A program made the translations under genes and the position numbers. Source: a bacterium (GTDB lineage: Bacteria; Verrucomicrobiota; Kiritimatiellia; CAIKKV01; CAITUY01). From it: a stretch of 64,000 nt of DNA. Shown here one piece after another: positions 26,103 through 34,454 of this stretch. Below the pieces are notes generated by a model, which searched no databases, was not told the DNA's origin, and worked only from the letters and a program-made list of their open reading frames with translations. The stretch lies in assembly GCA_037134355.1 (NCBI GenBank), contig JBAXMJ010000001.1, positions 16,951 to 80,950 of the forward strand, written 5' to 3'. Every line of letters begins with the position of its first letter. The stretch's first letter is position 1.

Positions 26103-27866
26103 TTATCCGTTCTCATCAAGAAAACGGTAGAGGGTGGCGCGAGACACACCTAACAACTTGGCGGCCTCAACCTTATTGCCGCCTGCCTGCAAAATGGCGG
26201 CTTCAATACTCTCACGAGTCAGGCGTTGACGTCCCCGCATCGGAGGCGGAGCGGGCCGCTCGGGAGGTGGCGGTGTTTTCGCAAGTGCCATCGGATTCAG
26301 GGCAATCGGCGGCAAATGATCGCGCTGGATTACTCCACCCTTGCATTTGATCAGTGCAAATTGGATCCAGTTCTGAAGTTCCCGGACATTGCCGGGCCAA
26401 TTATAATCCAACATGAAGTCAATGGCGTCTGGTGAAAAACTAATAGTCTTCCCTACAGCCAATTGCTTTAAAAAGTGATTGGCCAGCAGGGGAATGTCGA
26501 GCCGCCGTTCCCGGAGAGGTGGCACCACCAAGGGGACTACGCTCAAACGGTAAAACAAGTCTTCCCGGAATTTTCCCGCCGCCATTTCCTTCTGGAGGTT
26601 TCGATGGGTCGCACTCACTACCCGGACGTTCACTTTGATGGTTTGTTCGCCCCCCACCCTTTCAAAAGACCCTTCCTGCAAAACGCGCAGCAATTTAACC
26701 TGCATAGCCGGCGAAATATCACCGATTTCATCCAGAAAAATGGTGCCGCCGTCAGCGAGCTCGAAACGCCCCTTCTTGTCACGGATCGCGCCGGTAAACG
26801 CCCCCTTGACGTGCCCGAACAGCTCGCTCTCCAGCAATCCTTCTGGAAGCGCACCGCAATTCACGGGCACAAACATTTTTCCGGCACGTGGCCCCTCGTT
26901 GTGAAGCGCTGCGGCAACCAGCTCTTTTCCTGTTCCGCTTTCTCCCTGGATGAGCACTGAAGCGGAGGATTCCGCAAGCTCGGGAATCAGGTCATACAAG
27001 GCCAGCATTTTAGGATCACGCCCCACAATTCCCGCAAACTGCTCAATGACGCCCAACCGGCGCGCCAATTGCAGCTCCCGTGTGACATCCCGGAAACAGG
27101 CCAGAACGCCGACATTTTTTCCTGCCAGGTCGGCCATGCTATTGACCGTCATGGAAATCCTGCGGTGCTCGCCGCTGGCGGTTACAATTTCAACCTCCTT
27201 GTTCAGAGCGTCCTTCGGGGGCTCACCCCCGTTACAAAACAAACACTTAGCCCCGCATAAGCCCCCGGGAATGACCTTATGGCAATCCCGGTTCAGAAGA
27301 GACTCACGCGAATAACCAGTTATTTTCTCGGCGGCGGCATTGAAATAAAAAACGCGGCGATTGAGGTCATGCGCAATCACCCCGTCTGACATACTCTCAA
27401 GAACCTGATCCCCCGTGCGCTTTGATTGCAGAAACGCATCCAGGTATCCCCGCTCATAAAAGTCATCCACCAATCTCCGGATCGTCTCACACCACCGCCG
27501 CAAGGAGTCCAACACCGCAGCCTGATCCTCGGCACGATCCGAAAAATCATCCAGAGTCCAGTGCAACTGAAGAGGATTACCCGGTAATACGGCGCAGGGC
27601 CCATCCGCCGCGTTGCACAAGGAAACCGCGACATCAAAAACAGTATTGCCCATCTGGCTCGGGATTCCGCCATCCCGTTCCTCGGGAACCACGCGAAATT
27701 CAGACAGCACGCGCCACGCCAGAGGGGAAACCCGCCCTGAGGAGATCCCGGCATAGTGAACCACCACGTCTGCACGGCCTCTTGCCCGGGCAAAAGCCGC
27801 CGCGATCGCGCTGACGGTGGCGTCTTTCCCTCCAACAAAAATCAATTGATTGATCGGTTTAGCCAT
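26103..27866 (-). CDS. Sigma-54-dependent Fis-family transcriptional activator (bEBP) with a degenerate ArsC/LMW-PTP-like N-domain and a Cys-rich PAS domain
   Basis: AAA+ 'GESGTGKE', exact 'GAFTGA' sigma-54 contact motif, C-terminal Fis HTH. N-terminal domain aligns to thioredoxin-coupled ArsC with the P-loop replaced ('VGGKDATVS') but the Cys pair 'CNAADGPC' retained. PAS domain carries 'CHKVIPGGLCGAKCLFC'. Confidence 0.8.
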   Translation of the reverse strand: MAKPINQLIFVGGKDATVSAIAAAFARARGRADVVVHYAGISSGRVSPLAWRVLSEFRVVPEERDGGIPSQMGNTVFDVAVSLCNAADGPCAVLPGNPLQLHWTLDDFSDRAEDQAAVLDSLRRWCETIRRLVDDFYERGYLDAFLQSKRTGDQVLESMSDGVIAHDLNRRVFYFNAAAEKITGYSRESLLNRDCHKVIPGGLCGAKCLFCNGGEPPKDALNKEVEIVTASGEHRRISMTVNSMADLAGKNVGVLACFRDVTRELQLARRLGVIEQFAGIVGRDPKMLALYDLIPELAESSASVLIQGESGTGKELVAAALHNEGPRAGKMFVPVNCGALPEGLLESELFGHVKGAFTGAIRDKKGRFELADGGTIFLDEIGDISPAMQVKLLRVLQEGSFERVGGEQTIKVNVRVVSATHRNLQKEMAAGKFREDLFYRLSVVPLVVPPLRERRLDIPLLANHFLKQLAVGKTISFSPDAIDFMLDYNWPGNVRELQNWIQFALIKCKGGVIQRDHLPPIALNPMALAKTPPPPERPAPPPMRGRQRLTRESIEAAILQAGGNKVEAAKLLGVSRATLYRFLDENG

Positions 27867-27867
27867 A

Positions 27868-29157
27868 TCATGAATCCAAATACCCGCGCTTCACGGCATC
27901 CCGGATCATATTTTCAGCGAATTCCCACAATACACGGGACCCTTCCTCAACATGCCGGTTACGCTCCAGCACCTGTCCGCTACGAACCCCGTGCTTTTTC
28001 CACACCACTCCTGCCGTTCCGAAATTATGCATCAGAGGCTGAACCCGATCCAACGCCGCGGCAAATTTTGCCTCAGGGGTCTCACGAGCCTCGAATTCCG
28101 CCCAGATCGACATCAGATCCTGCCCCTGTTCATCCGGCAAAAGCCCAAACAAACGTTTTGCAGCAACCTGTTCACGAGCCACTTTATCACGGTTTCCAAT
28201 CTCGTCATAACAATAGGTGTCGCCGGCATCGATTTCCACGATGTCATGAACCAGAACCATCCTGATCACCCGTGCCAAATCCAGCCGGGGCTCATTCGCG
28301 TGTTCACACAGCAACACGGCCATAACCGCCAGATGCCAGGAATGTTCCGCATCATTCTCATAGCGGCTCCCGTCCAGCAACAGGGTGCGCCGTAATACGG
28401 ACTTCAATTTATCAATTTCCCGGATGAAATCCCACTGCTTTGCCAGACGACTCACCCCTGGTAATGGTTGCCCCCCATCCTGTCGTCGGGGTTCAGAAAT
28501 CCTGGCTCCGGGTCTTGCCTGTTCCACCCACTTCACGATTCGCTCGGCCACCTCGCGCTTGGACATCACCGGAAAGGGAATTGCCGGAGCGTCAGCCGTG
28601 ATAAACATCACCCGGTTGGTATCGACATCGAATCCTGCGTCGGGCTGGCTGACATCATTGGCGACGATCATATCCAGCCTTTTGGTCGTCACCTTGCGTC
28701 GCGCTTCGGCTTCTACATCAGTCGTCTCCGCTGCGAATCCCACAACCGTCCGGCTCCCTTTCCGGGGCTTCAGGGCCATCAGGATATCCGTTGTGGGCTC
28801 AAGCGTGAGCGTGGAGGACGCCTGGCGTTTTTTTACCTTCAGGCGGCTTACCTCTACCGGTCGCCAGTCGGCGACGGCAGCCGCCATCACCAGGGCATCA
28901 CAAGACTCGAAGTGGGTCGACACGGCGTCCAGCATCTCGGCGGCGGAGACCACGGACACCACGCGAATTCCCGCCGGGGCCGATAGGGAAACAGGACCGG
29001 AAATGAGAACCACCTCGTGCCCCCGATCGCGGGCCGAAACGGCAATGGCGTAGCCCATCTTTCCGGAAGAGCGATTACTGAGGAATCGAACGGGATCCAT
29101 GAACTCGCGAGTCGGCCCTGCTGTGATGAGAAAACGCATGCCGCTACCTTGCGTCAA
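27868..29157 (-). CDS. coaB: Fusion protein: phosphopantothenate-cysteine ligase (CoaB) N-domain plus HD-domain (YfbR-like 5'-deoxynucleotidase, HD_3) C-domain
   Basis: 'LITAGPTREFMDPVRFLSNRSSGKMG...AAAVADWRP' is CoaB. The C-terminal 'ENDAEHSWHLAVMAVLL...VLVHDIVEIDAGDT' is an HD metal-binding domain. Confidence 0.6.
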   Translation of the reverse strand: MTQGSGMRFLITAGPTREFMDPVRFLSNRSSGKMGYAIAVSARDRGHEVVLISGPVSLSAPAGIRVVSVVSAAEMLDAVSTHFESCDALVMAAAVADWRPVEVSRLKVKKRQASSTLTLEPTTDILMALKPRKGSRTVVGFAAETTDVEAEARRKVTTKRLDMIVANDVSQPDAGFDVDTNRVMFITADAPAIPFPVMSKREVAERIVKWVEQARPGARISEPRRQDGGQPLPGVSRLAKQWDFIREIDKLKSVLRRTLLLDGSRYENDAEHSWHLAVMAVLLCEHANEPRLDLARVIRMVLVHDIVEIDAGDTYCYDEIGNRDKVAREQVAAKRLFGLLPDEQGQDLMSIWAEFEARETPEAKFAAALDRVQPLMHNFGTAGVVWKKHGVRSGQVLERNRHVEEGSRVLWEFAENMIRDAVKRGYLDS

Positions 29158-30067
29158 ACTCGCGAATCTTTTCGCGAACGGTCGCTTCCGCCTCTGTGTA
29201 AATCTCCTGGATCATCTCGTCATTGAAACAATAGACTCGATCCTCGAAGGACGTTGTTTTGATCCGGTCGAAAAGACGCTGGCGGGCCAGATCAATGTCC
29301 TTGCCGTAAATGTGGAAGGAATCCGCCTGCCAGTTCAGTCGGCCGAGCTTGACCGTTTTTCCGGAACGGCGTGCCACTTCAGCGGCGATGACATCCCGGT
29401 TGAACAGCACAAAGCCGAACATATTCATGAAGTTTGCGCCCCAGGCATCATTACTGCGGAACCGGATATTGCAATTCAGCCACCACACCCCGTCCTTACC
29501 CTCCAGGATACGGTACCAGAGCGACTGGAGACAGGGGGGGTCGTAGCAATCGAGATCCATGTTAGGCATCCACGTGATCATCTGGGCCTGGCGGGTAAAA
29601 GGCTGCTTCACCAACTTGTTGATAACGGCCTCGACTTGATTGACCTTGAAAAACCCTGTCTCGATGGATTCGTAATTGCGAAGTTCCTTCCAGGCACCGT
29701 AATTCGCAAGCCGCCCGTGATAGGTATACTCCCACCGCGTGTCGGCCGGGTCATTCATGTTCTTGACCCAGTGATCCTTGACTCCCTGGAGTTCCATCAC
29801 ATACTCGCGGAGATCCTCAATTCCGCCTGGGAATGCCTTGTGGATCATGGGATCGGCCAAAGGATTCTCGACCGTGATATTCATGGTTGAATCCAGACTG
29901 GCGGGATCGCCGGGCTTGTCATACTGGGTGCGGAACCGAGTTCCGTTTTCATGAAGGGCAAGCAACGCCTTTTCATAAGCCTCCGCCAAAGACACTCCCG
30001 CCACATGAAGAACCGGTATGTTTTCCATTCCACCCTCTCCTTTATTGGATTCCATAACCCCACTCAA
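29144..30067 (-). CDS. Divergent thymidylate synthase (ThyA) family protein
   Basis: Active-site equivalents 'PPCLQSLWYRI' (cf. PCHAFFQFYV) and 'LNCNIRFRSNDAWGANFMNMFGF' (cf. [22 protein letters not shown]), plus 'ADSFHIYGKD'. Overlaps the coaB-HD start by 14 nt. Confidence 0.55.
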   Translation of the reverse strand: MSGVMESNKGEGGMENIPVLHVAGVSLAEAYEKALLALHENGTRFRTQYDKPGDPASLDSTMNITVENPLADPMIHKAFPGGIEDLREYVMELQGVKDHWVKNMNDPADTRWEYTYHGRLANYGAWKELRNYESIETGFFKVNQVEAVINKLVKQPFTRQAQMITWMPNMDLDCYDPPCLQSLWYRILEGKDGVWWLNCNIRFRSNDAWGANFMNMFGFVLFNRDVIAAEVARRSGKTVKLGRLNWQADSFHIYGKDIDLARQRLFDRIKTTSFEDRVYCFNDEMIQEIYTEAEATVREKIREFDAR

Positions 30068-30171
30068 GCTGGCCGAATTATGGCGGCTTGTTCCGAAATG
30101 GAAAGCACTTTCTGATTTTCCGAGAGTTTTCTATTGCCCCACGCCCCCCACCGTCAGTATCTTCCTACCCC

Positions 30172-30927
30172 ATGGACGACATTTTAAAACAATCGCTGAT
30201 CATCATCCCGGCCTTCAATGAGGAGGCCGCCCTGCCCGGTCTTCTGGCGGAAATCCGGGCGGTGGCTCCGGACTCGGATATCGCCGTCCTGAACGATTGC
30301 TCGCTTGATCATACGGCGACCGTTGCCAGGAAACACGGAGCGCTCGTTCTGGATCTCCCCTGTAATCTAGGGGTCGGCGGCGCAGTTCAGGCCGGCTTCC
30401 AGTACGCCTTCCAGCGCGGTTACCGGTATGTGATCCGTTGCGATGGCGACGGCCAGCACCCCCCCTCCGAAATCCCCAAGCTGATTGACGCCATGCGCGC
30501 CGGTGATGTCGACCTGGTGGTGGGCTCCCGATTTCTTGAGAACGATAAGGACTCCTACAAAAGCACCGCCCTGCGTAGCATCGGAATCCGTGGCCTCGCC
30601 TTCCTTCTCACCCTTACCTGCCGGGCCCGCGTGACGGATCCGACATCCGGCTTTCAAATGTTGAACCGGCCGCTACTGACCTACTTCGCACACTCCTACC
30701 CGCTGGATTATCCGGAGCCGGAATCGCTGGCCCTACTTCGGCGGCAGGGATATCGCTTCCGTGAAGTGGGAACCCGCTTCAGAGCACGCACCACGGGAAT
30801 CTCCTCCATCAAATCCTGGGGCGCGCTGTATTACATGCTTAAGGTCGGCCTGGCCCTGGTGGTCGATCGCGCCCGAACCGTCAACCCCCGCTATGCCCGC
30901 CACAACCTTGTCAGTGAGGATTTATGA
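30172..30927 (+). CDS. Family 2 glycosyltransferase (polyprenyl-phosphate sugar transferase-like)
   Basis: 'IIIPAFNEE' and DxD region 'VLNDCSLD'. Confidence 0.7.
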   Translation: MDDILKQSLIIIPAFNEEAALPGLLAEIRAVAPDSDIAVLNDCSLDHTATVARKHGALVLDLPCNLGVGGAVQAGFQYAFQRGYRYVIRCDGDGQHPPSEIPKLIDAMRAGDVDLVVGSRFLENDKDSYKSTALRSIGIRGLAFLLTLTCRARVTDPTSGFQMLNRPLLTYFAHSYPLDYPEPESLALLRRQGYRFREVGTRFRARTTGISSIKSWGALYYMLKVGLALVVDRARTVNPRYARHNLVSEDL

Positions 30928-31460
30928 CCTTTCGCGCACTACTTCTTTGTTTCCTCAGTCTGGCCATGTTGATCATGGGAATCCGCATGACCGCGCAAAA
31001 ACAAAAACGATTTTTCCTCGGCTGGGCGTGGATTGCCGTAGGAATCGCCATGGCTGTGGCCGTGTTCAAGCCGGAACTCTTTCAGGGCGAGACTCCCGCT
31101 TCGCTCACCTTGCGCATGCGTATGGCGCTGGGATTCCTGAGCTTTCTCGTTCTCATGATCACGCTTGAGGCGGTGCGACGGTTCGCCATGGAGGAACGTT
31201 ATGCCCTGTTGTGGGTATCAACGGGCATCATCCTGGTAGTTTTCGCCGTTTATCCCGATGCGGTCGGCTGGCTCGCCAAGTTGACCGGAATGCAGTATGT
31301 GAGCGCCATCACCATGGTGGTGTTCGCGTTCCTCTTGCTGGTTGCCTTTCACTTCTCCCTCGCGCTCTCGGAGTTGCGTGCCGACCAGAAACGGGTCTGC
31401 CAGTTCGCCGCCAGCCTCGAATTACGGGTCGCGGAATTGGAAAAGAAGCAGAAAGGTTAA
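30924..31460 (+). CDS. DUF2304-type small membrane protein (GT2 partner)
   Basis: Four TM helices plus a C-terminal coiled coil; typical genomic partner of DPM-like GT2 genes. Confidence 0.5.
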   Translation: MTFRALLLCFLSLAMLIMGIRMTAQKQKRFFLGWAWIAVGIAMAVAVFKPELFQGETPASLTLRMRMALGFLSFLVLMITLEAVRRFAMEERYALLWVSTGIILVVFAVYPDAVGWLAKLTGMQYVSAITMVVFAFLLLVAFHFSLALSELRADQKRVCQFAASLELRVAELEKKQKG

Positions 31461-32245
31461 CCTCGCCGCCTTCTCTCCATCATCTTGTAAATGGTGACTA
31501 TCCACAGACGGACACCGCGATGCAGAAGAACCTGGGGAGAATATCGCCCCGCATCGGCAATGGCAGCGTCAAGTTCCTCCTGAAATTGTCTGACATAGCC
31601 CTGCCCGCTGATGGACCCGGGATGCCAGCGGAATTCCGCCAGCGGCCCGCCAAGAACATGTACTGCGCCCCCCTGCTTCCACAGACGCAGGATAAAGTCA
31701 TAATCCCAAGCCGCATGCCAATCTTCCCGCAGGAATCCAGCCTTCTCCAGTGCCGACCGGCGAAAGAACATGGCGGGTTGGGAAACATAATTGATGCTCT
31801 GAATCATAAACCGGCATGAAAATGGGAAAAACAGCTCCTTGAACCGCGTAATGCCCTTCCGGATTTCGCCACCCTGCTCATCGATAATCGGGCAATGACC
31901 AAAACACAGTGCCTTGTCGGGATGTTGCTGCATCACCTCAGCAACCCGCTCCAGCGCGCCGGGGCAATAGCGGTCATCTGCATTCAACCAGCCGATAATC
32001 TCTCCGGTCGCCAGCCTCAGTCCCTTGTTGATCGCCGAGGCTGCCCCCTTGTCCGGCTCCGACACCAGATGCGACAGACCCGACCGATGGCGTTTAAGAA
32101 TCTCCAGCGAAGAATCCGTGCTACCCCCGTCGATCACACACTGCTCGATCTCCAATCCCGGACGGACTTGAGACCGAACACTTTGAATCGACTCCTCCAG
32201 GAAACGGGCACTGTTATAATTGGGCGTAATAATTGAAATTTTCAT
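31457..32245 (-). CDS. Family 2 glycosyltransferase
   Basis: 'ISIITPNYNSARFLEESIQS' GT2 N-terminus, DxD 'DGGSTD'. Confidence 0.7.
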   Translation of the reverse strand: MKISIITPNYNSARFLEESIQSVRSQVRPGLEIEQCVIDGGSTDSSLEILKRHRSGLSHLVSEPDKGAASAINKGLRLATGEIIGWLNADDRYCPGALERVAEVMQQHPDKALCFGHCPIIDEQGGEIRKGITRFKELFFPFSCRFMIQSINYVSQPAMFFRRSALEKAGFLREDWHAAWDYDFILRLWKQGGAVHVLGGPLAEFRWHPGSISGQGYVRQFQEELDAAIADAGRYSPQVLLHRGVRLWIVTIYKMMERRRRG

Positions 32246-32389
32246 GGTTATTCCAAGCTGCGGTTGATTGGAGCAAAAAAACGGCAAACATGAAACTGCG
32301 AAAAGGATAATTCTGGTTTTATTCTTGCCTAACCCCTTCTCTTTGTGTCAAATGCGCCCGATTCATTTGCAACGAAGGAAGTGATTTTT

Positions 32390-34099
32390 ATGCGTTTGAC
32401 ACAGACTTTGATCCCCACCCTGCGCGAAGCGCCGCAGGATGCCGAAATCCCCAGCCACAAACTCATGATGCGGGCCGGCCTGATCACGAAACTCGGAGGC
32501 GGACTCTATACCTTTCTCCCTGCCGGTCTGAAAGCCCTTCGCAAAGTCGAACGGATCGTGCGGGAGGAAATGGACCGGGCTGGCGCCCTGGAAGTCCTCA
32601 TGCCTGCCCTGCAACCCCGCGAAATCTGGGAAAAATCAGGGCGTTACGCCGTTCTCAAGGAATCCATGTTCAAGGTCAAGGACCGCCAGCAGCGCGACAT
32701 GGTGCTGGGCCCGACCCATGAGGAAGTCATCACGGATCTTGTTTCACGCCTGATCAGCTCCTACCGCCAGTTGCCGAAAACCTTCTACCAGATCCAGACC
32801 AAGTTCCGGGATGAGATCCGGCCCCGCTTCGGCCTGATGCGCGCAAAGGAATTCAGCATGAAGGACGCCTATAGCTTTGATGTGAGCTGGGAAGCCGCCG
32901 ATGTCAGCTACCAGGCCATGTACGACGCCTATGTCCGGATCTTTAAACGGTGCGGACTGCGCACTAAGATCGTCGAAGCCGATACCGGCGCCATGGGAGG
33001 CAATTTCTCACACGAGTTCATGGTTCTCGCGGATTCCGGCGAGGATGGCATCGTGGAGTGCGAAGCCTGCTCCTACGCCGCCAATCTGGAACGGGCGGAA
33101 CGCAAAGCCCCGGTTCCCAAGGCCTCCAGCACTGACCAGCCCCCGACTGTGGTGGCCACCCCCGGCCAGCGCACAATCGAGGAGGTCTCCTCCTTCCTCA
33201 AACTCAAACCCTGGGATCTGATCAAGACCCTGATCTATATCGCCGACGGCAACCCGATTGCCGTCCTGGTGGCCGGCCACCGCGATCTGAACGAACACAA
33301 GCTCGCCCGCATCCTCGGCAGCGTCTCCCTTGAGATGGCAGACGACCAGACCATCGCCAAGGTCACGGGCGCTCCAGTCGGCTTTGCCGGTCCAGTGGGA
33401 CTCAAGATCCCCATCTATGCCGATGTGGAACTGCAGACGCCCCGTATCATGGCTACCGGCGCCAATATCGCCGAAAGCCACCTGATCAATGTCATGATCG
33501 AGCGGGACTTCCAGGTCACCTCCTTCCATGATCTCGTCATTGCCAAAGAGGGTGACAAGTGCCCCCGTTGTAGCATCCGCATGCGAGAAAAGCGCGGCAT
33601 CGAGGTCGGGCATGTCTTCAAGCTGGGCACCAAATACAGTCAGGCGTTTGATGCCGGCTTCCTTGATGACAAGGGAACCCGCCAGATCAGCGTCATGGGA
33701 TGCTACGGCATCGGAGTCACGCGCACCCTGCAGGCCATTATTGAACAGAGTTTTGATGAGGATGGTATCATCTGGCCCATGGCCATTGCACCCTATCAAG
33801 TCTGCGTGGTGGTTCCTAATACAGGGCACGCGGAAAGCGTCCGGGTCGCCGAGGAACTTATCAAGGATCTGGAGGCCAAGGGTATTGAAGTGCTGTTCGA
33901 CGATCGTGATGAGCGACCGGGCGTCAAATTCAAGGACGCTGACTTGATGGGACTGCCCATCAGGGCTGTAATCAGTGAGCGATCCCTTGCCGAAGGCAAG
34001 GTTGAAGTCAAGCGGCGCACGGAGAAGGATAAGCAGATGATTTCCGTCACCGATACCGTTTCTGTTATTCAAAGTATTATTCAGGGAGAACTCGCATGA
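32390..34099 (+). CDS. proS: Proline--tRNA ligase
   Basis: 'MRLTQTLIPTLRE' N-terminus, class II motifs, anticodon-binding domain. Confidence 0.9.
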   Translation: MRLTQTLIPTLREAPQDAEIPSHKLMMRAGLITKLGGGLYTFLPAGLKALRKVERIVREEMDRAGALEVLMPALQPREIWEKSGRYAVLKESMFKVKDRQQRDMVLGPTHEEVITDLVSRLISSYRQLPKTFYQIQTKFRDEIRPRFGLMRAKEFSMKDAYSFDVSWEAADVSYQAMYDAYVRIFKRCGLRTKIVEADTGAMGGNFSHEFMVLADSGEDGIVECEACSYAANLERAERKAPVPKASSTDQPPTVVATPGQRTIEEVSSFLKLKPWDLIKTLIYIADGNPIAVLVAGHRDLNEHKLARILGSVSLEMADDQTIAKVTGAPVGFAGPVGLKIPIYADVELQTPRIMATGANIAESHLINVMIERDFQVTSFHDLVIAKEGDKCPRCSIRMREKRGIEVGHVFKLGTKYSQAFDAGFLDDKGTRQISVMGCYGIGVTRTLQAIIEQSFDEDGIIWPMAIAPYQVCVVVPNTGHAESVRVAEELIKDLEAKGIEVLFDDRDERPGVKFKDADLMGLPIRAVISERSLAEGKVEVKRRTEKDKQMISVTDTVSVIQSIIQGELA

Positions 34100-34377
34100 C
34101 CAAACGTGAACTTGTCGTCCGCATCGCCGAAGAAACGAACTTGTCGCAACTTGAGGTTTTTTCAGTGGTTCAAAAAACACTGGACTACATCACCGAAAGC
34201 CTCGAAAAAGGTGAAAACATTGAATTCCGCGACTTTGGCGTCTTTGAAATCAAGACCCGGAAGCCACGTATCGGGCGCAATCCGAACAAGCCGGAAAACA
34301 CCGTGATCATTCCTGAACGACGAGTTGTCAAATTCAAGCCGGGCAAGGAAATGAAAGCCAAGGTATTGAAGGGCTAA
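34096..34377 (+). CDS. HU/IHF-family DNA-binding protein
   Basis: 'GENIEFRDFGVFEIKTRKPRIGRNPNKPE' beta-arm motif. Confidence 0.8.
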   Translation: MTKRELVVRIAEETNLSQLEVFSVVQKTLDYITESLEKGENIEFRDFGVFEIKTRKPRIGRNPNKPENTVIIPERRVVKFKPGKEMKAKVLKG

Positions 34378-34384
34378 TCAAAAG

Positions 34385-34430
34385 GTTTAAGGGTTCAGGG
34401 TTCGGGGTTCAGGAATCTGAATACTGAATA
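34385..34430. repeat. Short tandem repeats (GGGTTCA)x3 followed by (CTGAATA)x2
   Basis: aagGGTTCAGGGTTCGGGGTTCAGGaatCTGAATACTGAATAC between the HU gene and hisS. Confidence 0.5.
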
Positions 34431-34454
34431 CCGAACACTACACCTGAGGACAAC

